Of a stretch of DNA of 64,000 nucleotides, positions 1-12,100 are shown piece by piece. The stretch covers positions 12,512,275 through 12,576,274 of the forward strand of contig NC_134032.1 in assembly GCF_964204645.1 (NCBI RefSeq), written 5' to 3'. Positions within the stretch are counted from its first letter, which is position 1; every line of letters begins with the position of its first letter. Source of the DNA: Tubulanus polymorphus (taxonomy: Eukaryota > Animalia > Nemertea). A program made the translations under genes and the position numbers. Below the pieces are notes generated by a model, which saw only the letters and a list, made by a program, of their open reading frames with translations, made no database searches and was not told the DNA's origin.

Positions 1-69
1 ATTTAATCTAAATTGCTAGCGAACAGTCAACGATAACAGCAGTTGAAGACTAACTGTTGATGAAAGATG

Positions 70-505
70 AGAAATTCAAAATGGCTTCTAGTTACCTTGA
101 CCTAAGACCTACTGTACCTAAAATTCCATCATTCACTCCTAGTCCCTACAGTTGTACCTACTTACTTTAAACTAACTATGAGGAAGAGCCTGGAAATGGT
201 AGAGCTCCGAAATGAAAAATACAAAATGGCTTCCAGTGACATTGCCCTTAGACCTACAACTTTTAATCCTGGTCTAGCTTTTTAGTCCCTAGGACAACCT
301 GTCCACTGAATTTTACCTAGCTAGCTCAAACCATTTATTTACTTAACTAAATAAGAACCAACAAAGTACCTAAAATTTCATCGGTCGTCACTCCTAGTCC
401 CTTCAGTTTTACCTAATTATCTTTAACTGGCTACGAGTTAGAGCCTGGAACTTATGAAAAAATACAAAATGGCTTCCTGTGATCTTGACCCTACAGGATG
501 CAAAA
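70..505. repeat. Degenerate tandem duplication (~250 bp period) of a TGACCT/AAAATGGCTTC-rich repeat
   Basis: Blocks tacctaaaatt(c/t)catc..cactcctagtccct(a/t)cagtt recur at ~115 and ~367; aaaatggcttc recurs at ~78, ~223 and ~466. Confidence 0.6.
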
Positions 506-959
506 TCCTGACGTTAAGTGGTTTTCTCTGATTTCTAATGGCCACCCTACAGAAAACACCTTGCAACCTTTACCAATGTAAAAAATACAGGGTTGAGGCG
601 CCTAGAAAAGTACCACACCAAAACAGCTCCCAAATACCAGAAACCAAAATGGTGCACGCCTACTCAGCGCAATTAACTCTGGAAATTAAGCATTTAGGCT
701 TAAAAACAGACCAAATAACATCTCCATAGAGACATGAGAGATACAGAAGAGGTATTTCTTCATTTCCGATTCGGATTTGTAATGCCGCGACGTCCACGTA
801 ATTGCCTCCTAAAGGCCCTGTACGCTGCAGATAACAATGATTTTTCAGTAGAGCACGTATCTCATGCACAGTGAATCAGACGCTCGAACTCGGCTCAGGG
901 AGTACCATCTTACCCCATAAAACTACATAATCAAATCATAAGGATCTTCATTCATTCTC

Positions 960-1760
960 CTTGTGAAAAAACCAATATCCGCAACCCAGGGTATCCAAGT
1001 TTCTTGAGACATGAGAACTGGTTAGTGTTGTCAATGGTACTTGGGCTTACAACGGTTTCGATATACTACCAGTAAGTTCTCTTCATGACTCTTTGCACTG
1101 ATGGTCTACTTTCCTTATATTTTACTCTATGCTCAGGTTGGCTAGATTTCATCGTTCGCGGTAGAGACGATCACATTGTTCGATCCATCGGCGAAGAGCT
1201 TTGGTCTATCCACGGTTCCCTGTCTTTTCCATGGAAGTTTTGTATAGAATGTTTTTGTACGTGACTTCCTCTAGTTGTTATAATCAGCTTATCTTCAGTT
1301 CACAGTTACTGTTGTCGAAAATCTTGGTTTCTTATTTGAACAAGTATGGACTTATCCCGTCACTTTCCTAGTTTGCCGTGTTGTACCAGGGTCTTCGCTT
1401 GCGTTTGATATCAATCTCTGCGTACACGACATCTGATATTCCCGGCATGGTATCTGTTCATCGGACAAGTGTTGCAGTGTTGGATCAAGGGTATCTTCGC
1501 CACTGATGGGTTCTTTATCTATCTGAGTCAGGCCATGGTCATTCAGGCCTATGTACTTGAGTGGTACCTGGCTTTAGTTCTATTTCGTTTCAGTCCCATC
1601 TTGGTAAGTTAGTCTTCATCGATTAGGATTTGAATTGTTGACTGACGTGACTGCCTTTTCAACACTTTTGTAGAGTTCCTGGTATCGTAGGTCCTCGTTG
1701 AGTGGTTGAAGTGAATTCAGGAGCGATAACGCATCCCTGGCAAGTGAGGATGTATCATCG
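960..1760 (-). mobile_element. Degenerate LINE ORF2 fragment (APE endonuclease C-terminal half plus downstream linker)
   Basis: Minus-strand conceptual translation across frameshifts and stops gives QILIDED-NLPRWD...LNDHGLTQIDKEPISGEDTLD...MPGISD-VVYAEIDIKR, matching the GDFN / LxQxVxEPTRxxxxLD / PGISDH motifs. It continues ...EPWIDQ..DRLYR..KYKE..VQRVMKRTYW, typical of CR1/L2-group ORF2. Boundaries are approximate. Confidence 0.7.
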
Positions 1761-3010
1761 TTATATTTGATGCCTGTTTTTAGTCATTAGACTTGGTGTA
1801 TGCCCAGTTTGTTTGTGCCCGGAATGCCACATATTTATATTTTTTTCATACTGGCCTGTTTTTCTTCTGACAAGCGCCTTTGTTGAAGACCAGTGTAACC
1901 ATTGCCTTCTTCCAATCCAGTGGTAGATCTCCAGTGCTGAGTCAACTATTCCAAAATATTCCATATCCTATAGCATAAACAAGACATTTCAGTTTTAAGT
2001 TCATATATAAGCGCGTAAATCCAGGGAAACTTCTGCTTAGATACCCATGGAAGTGGTTTTTGCCCCAAACCCAACCAAACTTTTGAAATAATCAAAACAT
2101 TAGAAAGGAGGGGTATCCCAGTACAGGAATGCCAGTACATTCGAGCCGAATATTTTAGGGAATCCCCCACTGTGTTCGGTACTCTTACTCCGGACAAAAA
2201 CAATCCAGGGAATCCCCTATTTCATCGATCATCAATCTATCTCAATCACTGATTTCATACATTTCACAGCAAGAGCTTTACTGTTTACCCCGATTAAAGT
2301 TTCAATAAACAATTGGCCGATACGGATCAGTAACGGACAGTCACAATGAAATATAGATACGATATCGAATTATATTTGCAGTCTAAATTTAGCACAATTC
2401 TTGCGAGATTATCAGCAATCTGAAAATAAATCCAATCCAGTTTACGAGCCCCTATGCATTGACACCAACATCGTATTCAACTGTCACCTATCCGATTAGT
2501 AGAACTGGCAACATTGATTGGGGGATGTCTTCTCCATTCTATCTAGGAACTATTTTTAAATAGCAATCTTAAGAAGAATAGCAAATTTTTCTGACGTTCT
2601 GACGAAAAGAGAATTTAAAACAATTAATCAAAAGTAGCGATTTTAAAAAAAGAGCGAATCGTTCTGAATATTGGATAAAACATCAAAGAAAGTCATGAGA
2701 AAAAGCAAAATTTTTTTTGGGTTGGAGAAATAATTGATGAAAGAGTTGTTTTCAGATCTACTTGGAGTTGCGGAGAAAGATAAAAGTAGTGTAAATATGT
2801 GTTAGTAGTGCTACTTTTCCGGCGGTTTCGAAAATGTCGGATCCATAACGTGCATCTTTAAAAAATAGCGAATTTTCTTGACGTTCCGGTGAAAAGAGAA
2901 GTTAAACCAATAAATATATAAATAAATAAAAAACACATACCATATTCGAGTTCTCTGTACAACAACATAATACAACACCATCAGCAATCATTCCCTTTCA
3001 TGTTCCGAGA

Positions 3011-3937
3011 ATTATGATATAGACCTCGAACTGAACGCCTGAAATAAATGATCGAATTTCATTTAAAAATTGATCATTTTTCATTTCGTTGAACTACGCG
3101 GCAAAAGCATTGAATCATTTTCCCAGAATTGCGGATAACCTGCTATCGGAAACGGGTTCTTAATATTTTCAAGTACAAAAGCCAGAACCATTTTTCAAAG
3201 AAGTTTTTGGGTTTACTTATTGTGTTTACCTCTAAAAATTTCTTAGTCGGCCATTGTTGTCTTTCACTATGTTAAAGTGATAACCAGCGGTAGGTAATCG
3301 ATGAACCTAGTCTAGTACCGTACAGGGTCTAACCATTGTTCCCCGAACAGTTTTAGGGGAACACGTAACAATTTAACGACTGTTATTCAGACTATCAATG
3401 AACCATAACCTAATGAGCATATGAAAGAAAAAATGTTGAATTAAGAAAATCATCCAACTTCAATCATCGGATTTAAGATCTAAGACAAATTCAACGGCTA
3501 AATACAGTGGGTATATTGAACACATTTCGTACCTTTAATTTTCGAAACCCATTTTTTTGTAACTTGCGTCGAAATCTGTTCTCTTATAAATCGCATCGAC
3601 CCTAGTGATCAAACCAATCTGGAAATCTGAAAAAAAAAATTTCAACCATCAAAAATTTAATTAAAAAATTCCAATCCCCGAAATTTCATCTAACAAAAAA
3701 AATTAATTTCTCTGATGAAGTTTATTCAAATCTTCGAAACCGTCAGAACAAATCATTAAATCATCAACTAGGCCTACTACGAAATTTTTTTGACATCTTG
3801 ATTCCGAAAAATCAAATCTGTGGATGAATTCCCAAAAAATTTTGATCCCTACCAATTTTATTCATTTTTAGATAAATTTCTTTTTCCCATATCATGAACC
3901 TGTTTTTGAGATAAGCCCAAACTTACCAGATGGTTTA
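3011..3937 (-). pseudogene. Decayed partial genomic duplicate of ADAM17 (tip of exon 6, exons 7 and 8, start of exon 9, with introns)
   Basis: Collinear copy of ~11331-12130, e.g. [26 protein letters not shown] at ~3541-3618. The exon 7, 8 and 9 copies carry indels, and the exon 8 copy has an 87-bp insertion. Confidence 0.9.
3308..3394. mobile_element. 87-bp MITE inserted in the duplicated ADAM17 exon 8
   Basis: Ends are TAGTCT...AGACTA, flanked by a 10-bp direct repeat (tcgatgaacc 3298-3307, tcaatgaacc 3395-3404). The intact gene has a single ttgatgaacc at 11611-11620, i.e. the empty site. Confidence 0.8.
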
Positions 3938-6123
3938 GCCTATCATGTGGTGGATAAGGTTGCCCTGAAGAAGCTAATTAGTGTATAGCAGGCTAATTGT
4001 GCATTTTATTTAAAGAAAACAGCAGCAGCAATCTTCTGAGTCGAGTCGACGTCGTCAGCATGCTTTGAAATGACCAGTGGAAAATTACCTGCAGGTTTCG
4101 GGTACACTGGTTCCAGTTGAATTCATGTTCGACTTCTCTGTACAACAATACAATACAACACAATCACCTCCCCATTTGCATAATCATTTCTTTCATATTC
4201 CGTGACGCAGCCAGTCACCGGTAACCGGTCCCCACAAGACAAATGCAAACTTCAATATATACTGTATACACTTTATTGTGGGAAATTAATTTTCAATTCA
4301 TGTCACTTTGAAAACCACTGATTTGTTTGTAAACAACCGTTTGGATTAGCTCAAAATCCGTATTGAACTGATCACAACTTTTTAAGATAAATCCTGTTGT
4401 AAAATGACAGTATTTCAATTTGCACTGCTTGCTGCCTGGATTGCATCCAATTTGAAAAGATAATACAAAACCACAAACAAAACTGTTCTAAATAGTAAAA
4501 ACGTTTTATTGCAAAGTGCAGATAATCATTTCTGGTGACAAATGAAATAAAGATTTTTACACCTGATGAAAATTTGAATTCATGATCACAGTATTTTAAA
4601 CCGATATTTACTGACATGGTTGGAAGGATATATGAAAATATTTTCAATCATAAAGATTTTTCCAATTCAAATTACAAATTGGAACCCAACATTAGCCCTC
4701 GTTGTAACGATTAACCACAAAATGTTTATCTTTCTAAAATGGACTTATGCTTATGCTTGCAATTATGTCCTTTTACATGGTTATACAGCCTGAGCCATCA
4801 GACATTCACCATTACAGCATGAAGTCTAAGTTATTGAAAGTGTGCTGGTCTCTGAATTCATTTTCAGTTGTAAATGTCTCAGACAAGCATATTAAGTCCG
4901 GCCATAATCATAAATTGGAAGAATGGTATCGAATGTCAGGGCTACCAACCTCTGACAAGTGCTAACAGTAACAAGTTGAATTTTTTTCATTAACACCTCA
5001 TTAAGAAATTGTTCAAATTAATCAGTAATCAACAGTAAGACCCTCAGTAACATCTTACATATCTCCTATCATACAAATCAAATCAGTATTTCTCGTTATA
5101 GAATGGTAACAAATACTGAAAATCAGTTGGCAGCTCTTGAATGTCTGAGGCTGGTCAAGGCTGCAGATCCATATCAACATCATGGACATTATAACCATTT
5201 GAATCAAATAAATAATTACTACGTTAAGTATAATATAATACAAATATATATAGTGGTCAAAATACATAAATAGCTCTAGATTCTAAATATATAGAACTCA
5301 ATACAAATATATGAAAGTATAAATACTTTTTTATGAATTCTTACAAACAGTCTTTATGAATTTTTGCTATCATTACATAGAATACTTCTAGAGACATGAT
5401 TAAAACATATAAAACAGTACAATCTAGGCTTCACCCCAATCTTACTCATTATTTGACTGCAACTTGGGGTAGAACTTTACCAGTCTCGATTTTACAAAAT
5501 AAGAGACAGAGTATACTGTCACAAACTCTTATTCAGTATTTGACACTAACTCGGGGTAGAATTTTGCCAACTTCTACCAACTGTTTCAACTTTACCACAG
5601 AGACACATAGTCTACAATATTTCTCAATCGAAGTAGAATTTTACCAAGTCTAAACTGTACCTTAGATTTTATAGCTGACATTACATGTATATAAAGCAGG
5701 GGTGGAAAATCGCAGCAAAAAAACAAGAGTGATTTATAAATACAAGCTAATAAGGCACAGTTTACCAAGCGTAAAAAATAGAATAATCTTACATCTCATA
5801 ACAATTTTACTCACACAGTACTTTTAAATATGTAACTAAACAAATTTCATACAATGCACAACTACAATGTTTCCCTTCTTGAGTAGATCTACGATCGGCT
5901 CCTCGAATTAAGATTCAAACAGCTTGTTAAAAAGTCTTGTACTATTGTAAAGCATTCTAACCATCCAATTAAGACAACTGTTTTACAATAGTGGCATTCT
6001 TCTTTTTTGATTTGATAAGTTCACATTGAAACATTTTCTAGACAGTTATCGCATTTATTCAAGGAACTTCTTACTCAGCTTTAATTCGATTTGAAACGAG
6101 AGTACCGATGAGTACCTGTTGAT

Positions 6124-9100
6124 TTAAACGTGAGTACCCCGCGCGTATGGAACACCCGCCGATCTCTGTAGAGGCTGCATACGCACGACGCTACCCGCTA
6201 GGTTCCGCCTCGATTTCAATCCTCCGTCTTTAACCTTGATTTTATCTTTCTCGAAAATCAACTCACGGTTCTATAAAGGAATATTTGTTCAAAAACTTTA
6301 TCTCAAGTTTTTACTAGAATTCAATCTCAAATCAACCTATGAATCTCGTAACTTTCATATTTACACATTCTGCAAGTGAAGCACAGAACCCCTCCTCCAA
6401 AATTGACGTGTTCTGTGACCTACCTTTCCACTGTGCCAATCCCTTATTTCTCTTTCTTTCTGACGTCGTTTTCGATCCTACAAGATATTTTTTGGAAATC
6501 AAAAAACAAATCTTTTTTCATACAACTAGACATCTGATGATGTGGAGTCAAGGGCCATTCTATAGATAATTAACTAAGCTATTTCTTGACGTCCTAGATG
6601 GATTTATGAAGGCATCTGTCTTGAAAAAGGTCTACTGATAAAGGTACTACATAATTACTTGTTTACATCCTTCTCTAAAAAGATACTAAGGCAATTCCCT
6701 CAGAAATCCTCACTCAAATACACTAATTGTATATGTAATTTGCTGAAATATAAGGGGATTTGATGGAGCGGGGCATTTTGTAAAGGAAGCGAAAAAAACT
6801 TACAAAGTGACTGATTGTACAACTCGCTGGTATCCAAATAATCATCGAAAATACGATCACAGTTCCGACCATGTTGTCTCGCATGAATTTCACTGAAAAA
6901 TCACGAGTAAGAAAAACTCTACAAAATGTTCACTAAAAGTGGGAGAACGTCGACGAGTTGAGAAGTTTTCATTCCGATCGAATAAACACGTACCGAAAAG
7001 ATCTGGAGTCAAATTCTCGATGATTTTGAAGAAACGTTCGACCATGTCCTGAACGACCTTTTCACATTTACCCTACAAGAGACGAGAGAAAAAAAGTTAT
7101 TTAAGAGTAGTGAAAATGATAAGATTCGTACGAGGAGCCGTGTTAACTTTGAGTTGAATGAGTTAGGCCTAAATGTAGAGACTGAGAGATTGATAGCAAT
7201 TTATAGGTGCATTTGTTTTATTTAAGATATGAGCTTTAATCACTAATTCATAGTACAGTCAACCCCTGATATACCGCCCACATCGGTGCAGAAAGAATTT
7301 GGCGGTATAGAGAGTATGGCCGTATATCGGGGGTGTTTTACTATGTATTTGTATAGAGATGTACATTGAGAAAACCTGGCTGTAGGCGGGGGTGGCGGTA
7401 AAGTAAATGGGGGGGGTGGTATATCGGGGGGTTGACTGAAGTTTCACCAGGTAGATTTTCCTGGTGAAACTATGATGAAGCTCGGGGGTGTTTTGCGGAG
7501 AATTTCTGGTTGATACATACAGCGTTGCAGTAACCCTGCACGCAAGGCATGCCGTCGGGCAGGGACCACTGAGATCCATTTGACAGAATGTGAGGGATAC
7601 ACTTGCTTTTCTCATCCACACGACAACACCACTTACAAGATTCAGCAACTGAAATATATAATAACGGAAAATACAGAATCAGAAAACTTACTTGATAATG
7701 AGTACTGGTAACTGTATTTCACAAAGCTATGATCATTTTGGTAAAGCAATCATAATTTCAGATTGATCAGATTTTTTCACATCTTTACTATGATTTTTCA
7801 CAAAAAATATGTAATTTTTCACGTTGAAGTACGATTAAAAGCTGTTTTGATCACAATCTGGACAGATCAAAATAGAATTTCTCATACTTCAACATAGCTT
7901 GTACATAAATTTTTAGCTTCAGGATATATGGCGTAAAAGAAGTCAGAATATCATGAAAGAGACTTCACAATTATTTTTTTTTACTATTCTAGAGAAGAAA
8001 TCCATTGTTGACACAGATTTTTCAAAATTTACACTTTAACCTGACCCCTTTTTATTTACCTTCATCGCAAACACACGGCAATTTATTGATGCTGTAACAG
8101 AACGGTTGACAAATTCCACCTTTACAAGTTCCACTGAAAAATTAACAATAGCAGACGGTTTTCTAATCAATCTTACACAAACCTTCAAATGGTGATGCTA
8201 TCAAATAGATTTTGTAGGTTTTATCATTTTTGGAAACCAGATTCATGCGAAGGGTCGCACGCATTGAAAAATATTAAGTAATTGAAAGTATATGAACTGA
8301 ACTTAAAGTTTTGAGTTTAACTTTTTTTTTGTAAAACCAGATCCTCCATTCCAGATATCAGTTCAGGAATAAGCGAGTGAGAATAGTTTCTTTTTTTAAT
8401 CAAAATTCTTACTTGTTAAAGCAGGGAGTTTTGTCGTCTTTAGGTAGAGGTGGTGGGCAGACGGCTGAATTACCCGTACAGCTACTAGCCTTCTCACAGG
8501 CAACATCCAATATGTCAGTCTCTCCTGAGCATTTCTTCTGTGAACTTTCATATGTGCACATCTACAAAAATATCCATAATATATTAAATTGGTTCTTCAA
8601 TAATTCTAGTGGTTACAAAATTACCTATGTTCAATTTTTGACAAATTGTTACTAGAATGGGGCATTTGGTAAGTTGGATAGACAAGGAAGGTGGTTCAAT
8701 TCACTAAACACCATAGAGGCTGATTATTTACACAAGGGGAAAATTCTGTTTTCAAAGACATGAGACAAATGTTTGTCGTGAAGTATCAGATTCAAAACCT
8801 ACATAACAAGATACTGTATCAAAATTTCAATAGAGTATCAAACAACCACCCTAGGGTTGACACTAGTTAGAGGTAGGTATCAACATAGATTAAGGAATCA
8901 AACTAAATATTGTCCCGATTATGTCTATTAATCGGGGCGCACCAGATTACAACAGATGCTACCAGTATTCGTGTAACTACAGATTAAGTGTACCTGATTA
9001 CAGCAGACACTGTTCGCGTAGCTGCAGATGGCACCAGGTTTCAGGCGACACTCGGCCGTACAGCAGTGATCGGTACCGATCTGTCCAGCAGAACCGGCAT

Positions 9101-12100
9101 CGCATTGCTCTCCCGGTTCGACGAGATGGTTGCCACAAAATCCGGGTGACGGCACTAGAAAATTCAAAGAAACGAAATCAAATTCACAGATGCAAATGCT
9201 TAGCCAGTTCCATAGTTGCGAGTTAAATTTGACTGTAGAGTTGAAGTTTATCTCGAATAGATTCAACTTCTTAACCAGTACATAGAAAGATCGTAACACA
9301 TAATAAGTAAATGGAAATATTGAAAGAACAAATTTTGATGAAATGTTTACACTACGCTTTTTTCGAGTGAACTAAATAGATATGCTAAAGATTTGTACTT
9401 AGAGTGACCATTGATAACAGATAACTACACAACAAGTACTTTGATATTTTCAAAGCAAAATTGATTTCTGGGTACTGAAAATTGCTGAATTAGTATGCAT
9501 CAGGGCCCAGTTTCACAAAAAGGTTTAACTCTTAAATCGATTTAATTTCTTCATTAATTCAGTTTATCTTAAATCGATTTAGGTCTTAATCCTCTTTGTG
9601 AAACTGGGGCCAGGGATAAGACCATTGAAATAATAAGATGGAGGATGATTTGGATCACTGTTGTTGACCTCATGTAACTGTATCAATTTAACTTAAATAG
9701 TCCTCAGCTAACTTAGAACTGTCTCAATGGACCACAAAATCATAATAAAAACCGCCAGCAATTTTGAGCGAATTTTTAAATCAAAATCCTTCCATCTGAA
9801 ATTCAATGGTTCAATTTTCATCTGGCGCGAATTATATTCGTTTTCAAAACAAGAAATTTTAGAATATGCTTACTGGCAAAACACAGGTCGCTTTTGGCGG
9901 TAAGTACAGCTGCAATTGCTCTTCTACTGCAAGGTGAAAAATACTGGAAAACAGAAGAAAAAGATATACGTAGCAATGATTCTAAAACTGTTACAGTCTG
10001 TTTGAGTACAATGTGATTCAGGATTAACGCACTGCGTCTATCACTCTACAGTTACGTACTGACCTTGTTGTTTTTATCGTATCCGGATACCGAGTACGGA
10101 TACATGATGAATTTCCCGTTGTTAAACGAACTCGGTGAACATTCTGATGTATCCGGGTCGTGTTCACTTCCCCAGTTGTGTCCGAATTCTAGAAAATTCA
10201 AGCAGACAGATTTGATTATAATTGAAAGCATTCATTTACTATACTGCAACAGGTCGGCCACTTTCAGCCCATTTACAAATCCCGAGTTTTAATCCTGATC
10301 TTTATGTATATTACAATGCAAAATTCCCTGAAGAAATCCTGAAAAATTTCCAGGCTTAAAATGTCACGACTTATTCATTTTTTTATGAATCATCACCTAT
10401 TCATAAAGAAACACGCGGCCAATGGGATTCTAGGACAATTGCCCCCGGACAATTGCCCCCCCCCCCCCGGATAAAATCCTTTTTGGTTTGGATTAACACC
10501 ACCTAAATACTTTAATTCATTTGTATAGGCCTATTATTGAATATAGATTTATAAGATATAGAATTACCGATGTTGTGTGCAGATCGAAAACTTTAAATCA
10601 GTCCTTGTGTAACTATAATTCACTTACCAAATTAAAGGAAACTTAATAAGTCCACTTATTAGTGCATTAGTTGATGTTGGCTGATTTATTGGAATTAGTT
10701 TTAGTGTTGCTTTAGCCAATCAAAAACTTTAAAGCAGTCCTAGAGTAATTAGCTAGAATTAGTTCACTTTGTCTAATTATTTTGAAGTTAATATCTGTGT
10801 TACTTTAAGATTAAAAAGATTTAATTTGGGGGGCAATTGTCCGCAATTTTCCTGATACTGGCCAATGGCATTCTACGAATTCCCTGAATTTTCCAAAGTT
10901 TTTGGTAGAATTTATCTAATTCCCTGAGTTTTCACAGATTTGTTCTAGACTGTTCTGATTGTGTTTTCAAAGTTTCCCAGATCATTGACGCCACCCTGTC
11001 TTCGATTATAGGATTATTTCTTACCATGAGCGGTGACGAGATCTGCCTCTTGAGTTAGAATACGATTCTTATATCTATTCTGCGAACTGCTCCAGCCCGT
11101 GTTCAGGGACAACGTACGTCCTGACTTGTAATATGCTGTACAAAAAAAACAAAACAAAATTATTCGTACGGATTTTATATCAACAACAGATGCGCATCGG
11201 GGACTGGCGAGATACACATACGTCTGGTGCAGATCCCCCCGACGCTGTATTTCCGTCGCGAGCCGATGTAGGCCAATCCCAGAACGCCTCCGTCAAACGG
11301 TTGATACGTGAACATGTGCGCCAAACAGAAATTACGATATAGACCTTCCATCGAACTGAACGCCTGAAATATTCAAATAATCATCAAAGTTCATATTACG
11401 TGAATGCAATGAATCATTTTTTCCCAGAATTGTAGATAAGCTGCTATCGGATTGTCAATCTTTGTCTTCAAGTACAACAATCAAAACTGTTTGTAGTTTT
11501 CGGGTTTAATATTAGCCATCATTGAACTTTGCTAATGATCACACCTCTAAAAATTCCTTTGTCGGCCATTTGTCTTTCGCCATGTTATAGTGATAACCGG
11601 CGGTAGGTACTTGATGAACCATAACCTTAAGAAATGAAAGAAAAAATGTTGAATTCATAAAATTATCCATTTTCAATCATCGGATTTAGGATCTAGGACA
11701 AATTCAACGGCTAAATAAAGTGGGTTTACCGAACACATTTTCGTACCTCTTTAATTTCGAAACCCATTTTTTTGTAACTGGCGTCGAAATCCGTTCTCTT
11801 ATAAATCGCGTCGACCCTAGTGATCAAACCAATCTGGAAATTTGAATAAAAAAGAAAATTTCAACCGTCGAAAATTTACTTCATCAGATAAATGAAGAAA
11901 GATTAGTTTCCCCGATGAAGAAGTTTAGTTGACTGTCAGAATAAATTTTTAAATCATCAACTACTGGTTTTGCTCATTTCCTGAAATCTTCTTGACATCT
12001 TGATTAAAAAAAAGAAAAAAAAATCTGTGGATGTATCCCCCAAACAATTTTTGATCCCTATAAAATTCTTCGATATCCAAGAAACTGTTTGAGAATGTGC

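Noticed and set aside
2280-2545. Coding exons of a further minus-strand gene
   Set aside because: Splice-like signals exist, but I could not build an open, recognisable reading frame.
7259-7648. 129-aa ORF
   Set aside because: Off-frame overlap of ADAM17 exon 16 running into an intronic G-rich degenerate repeat.
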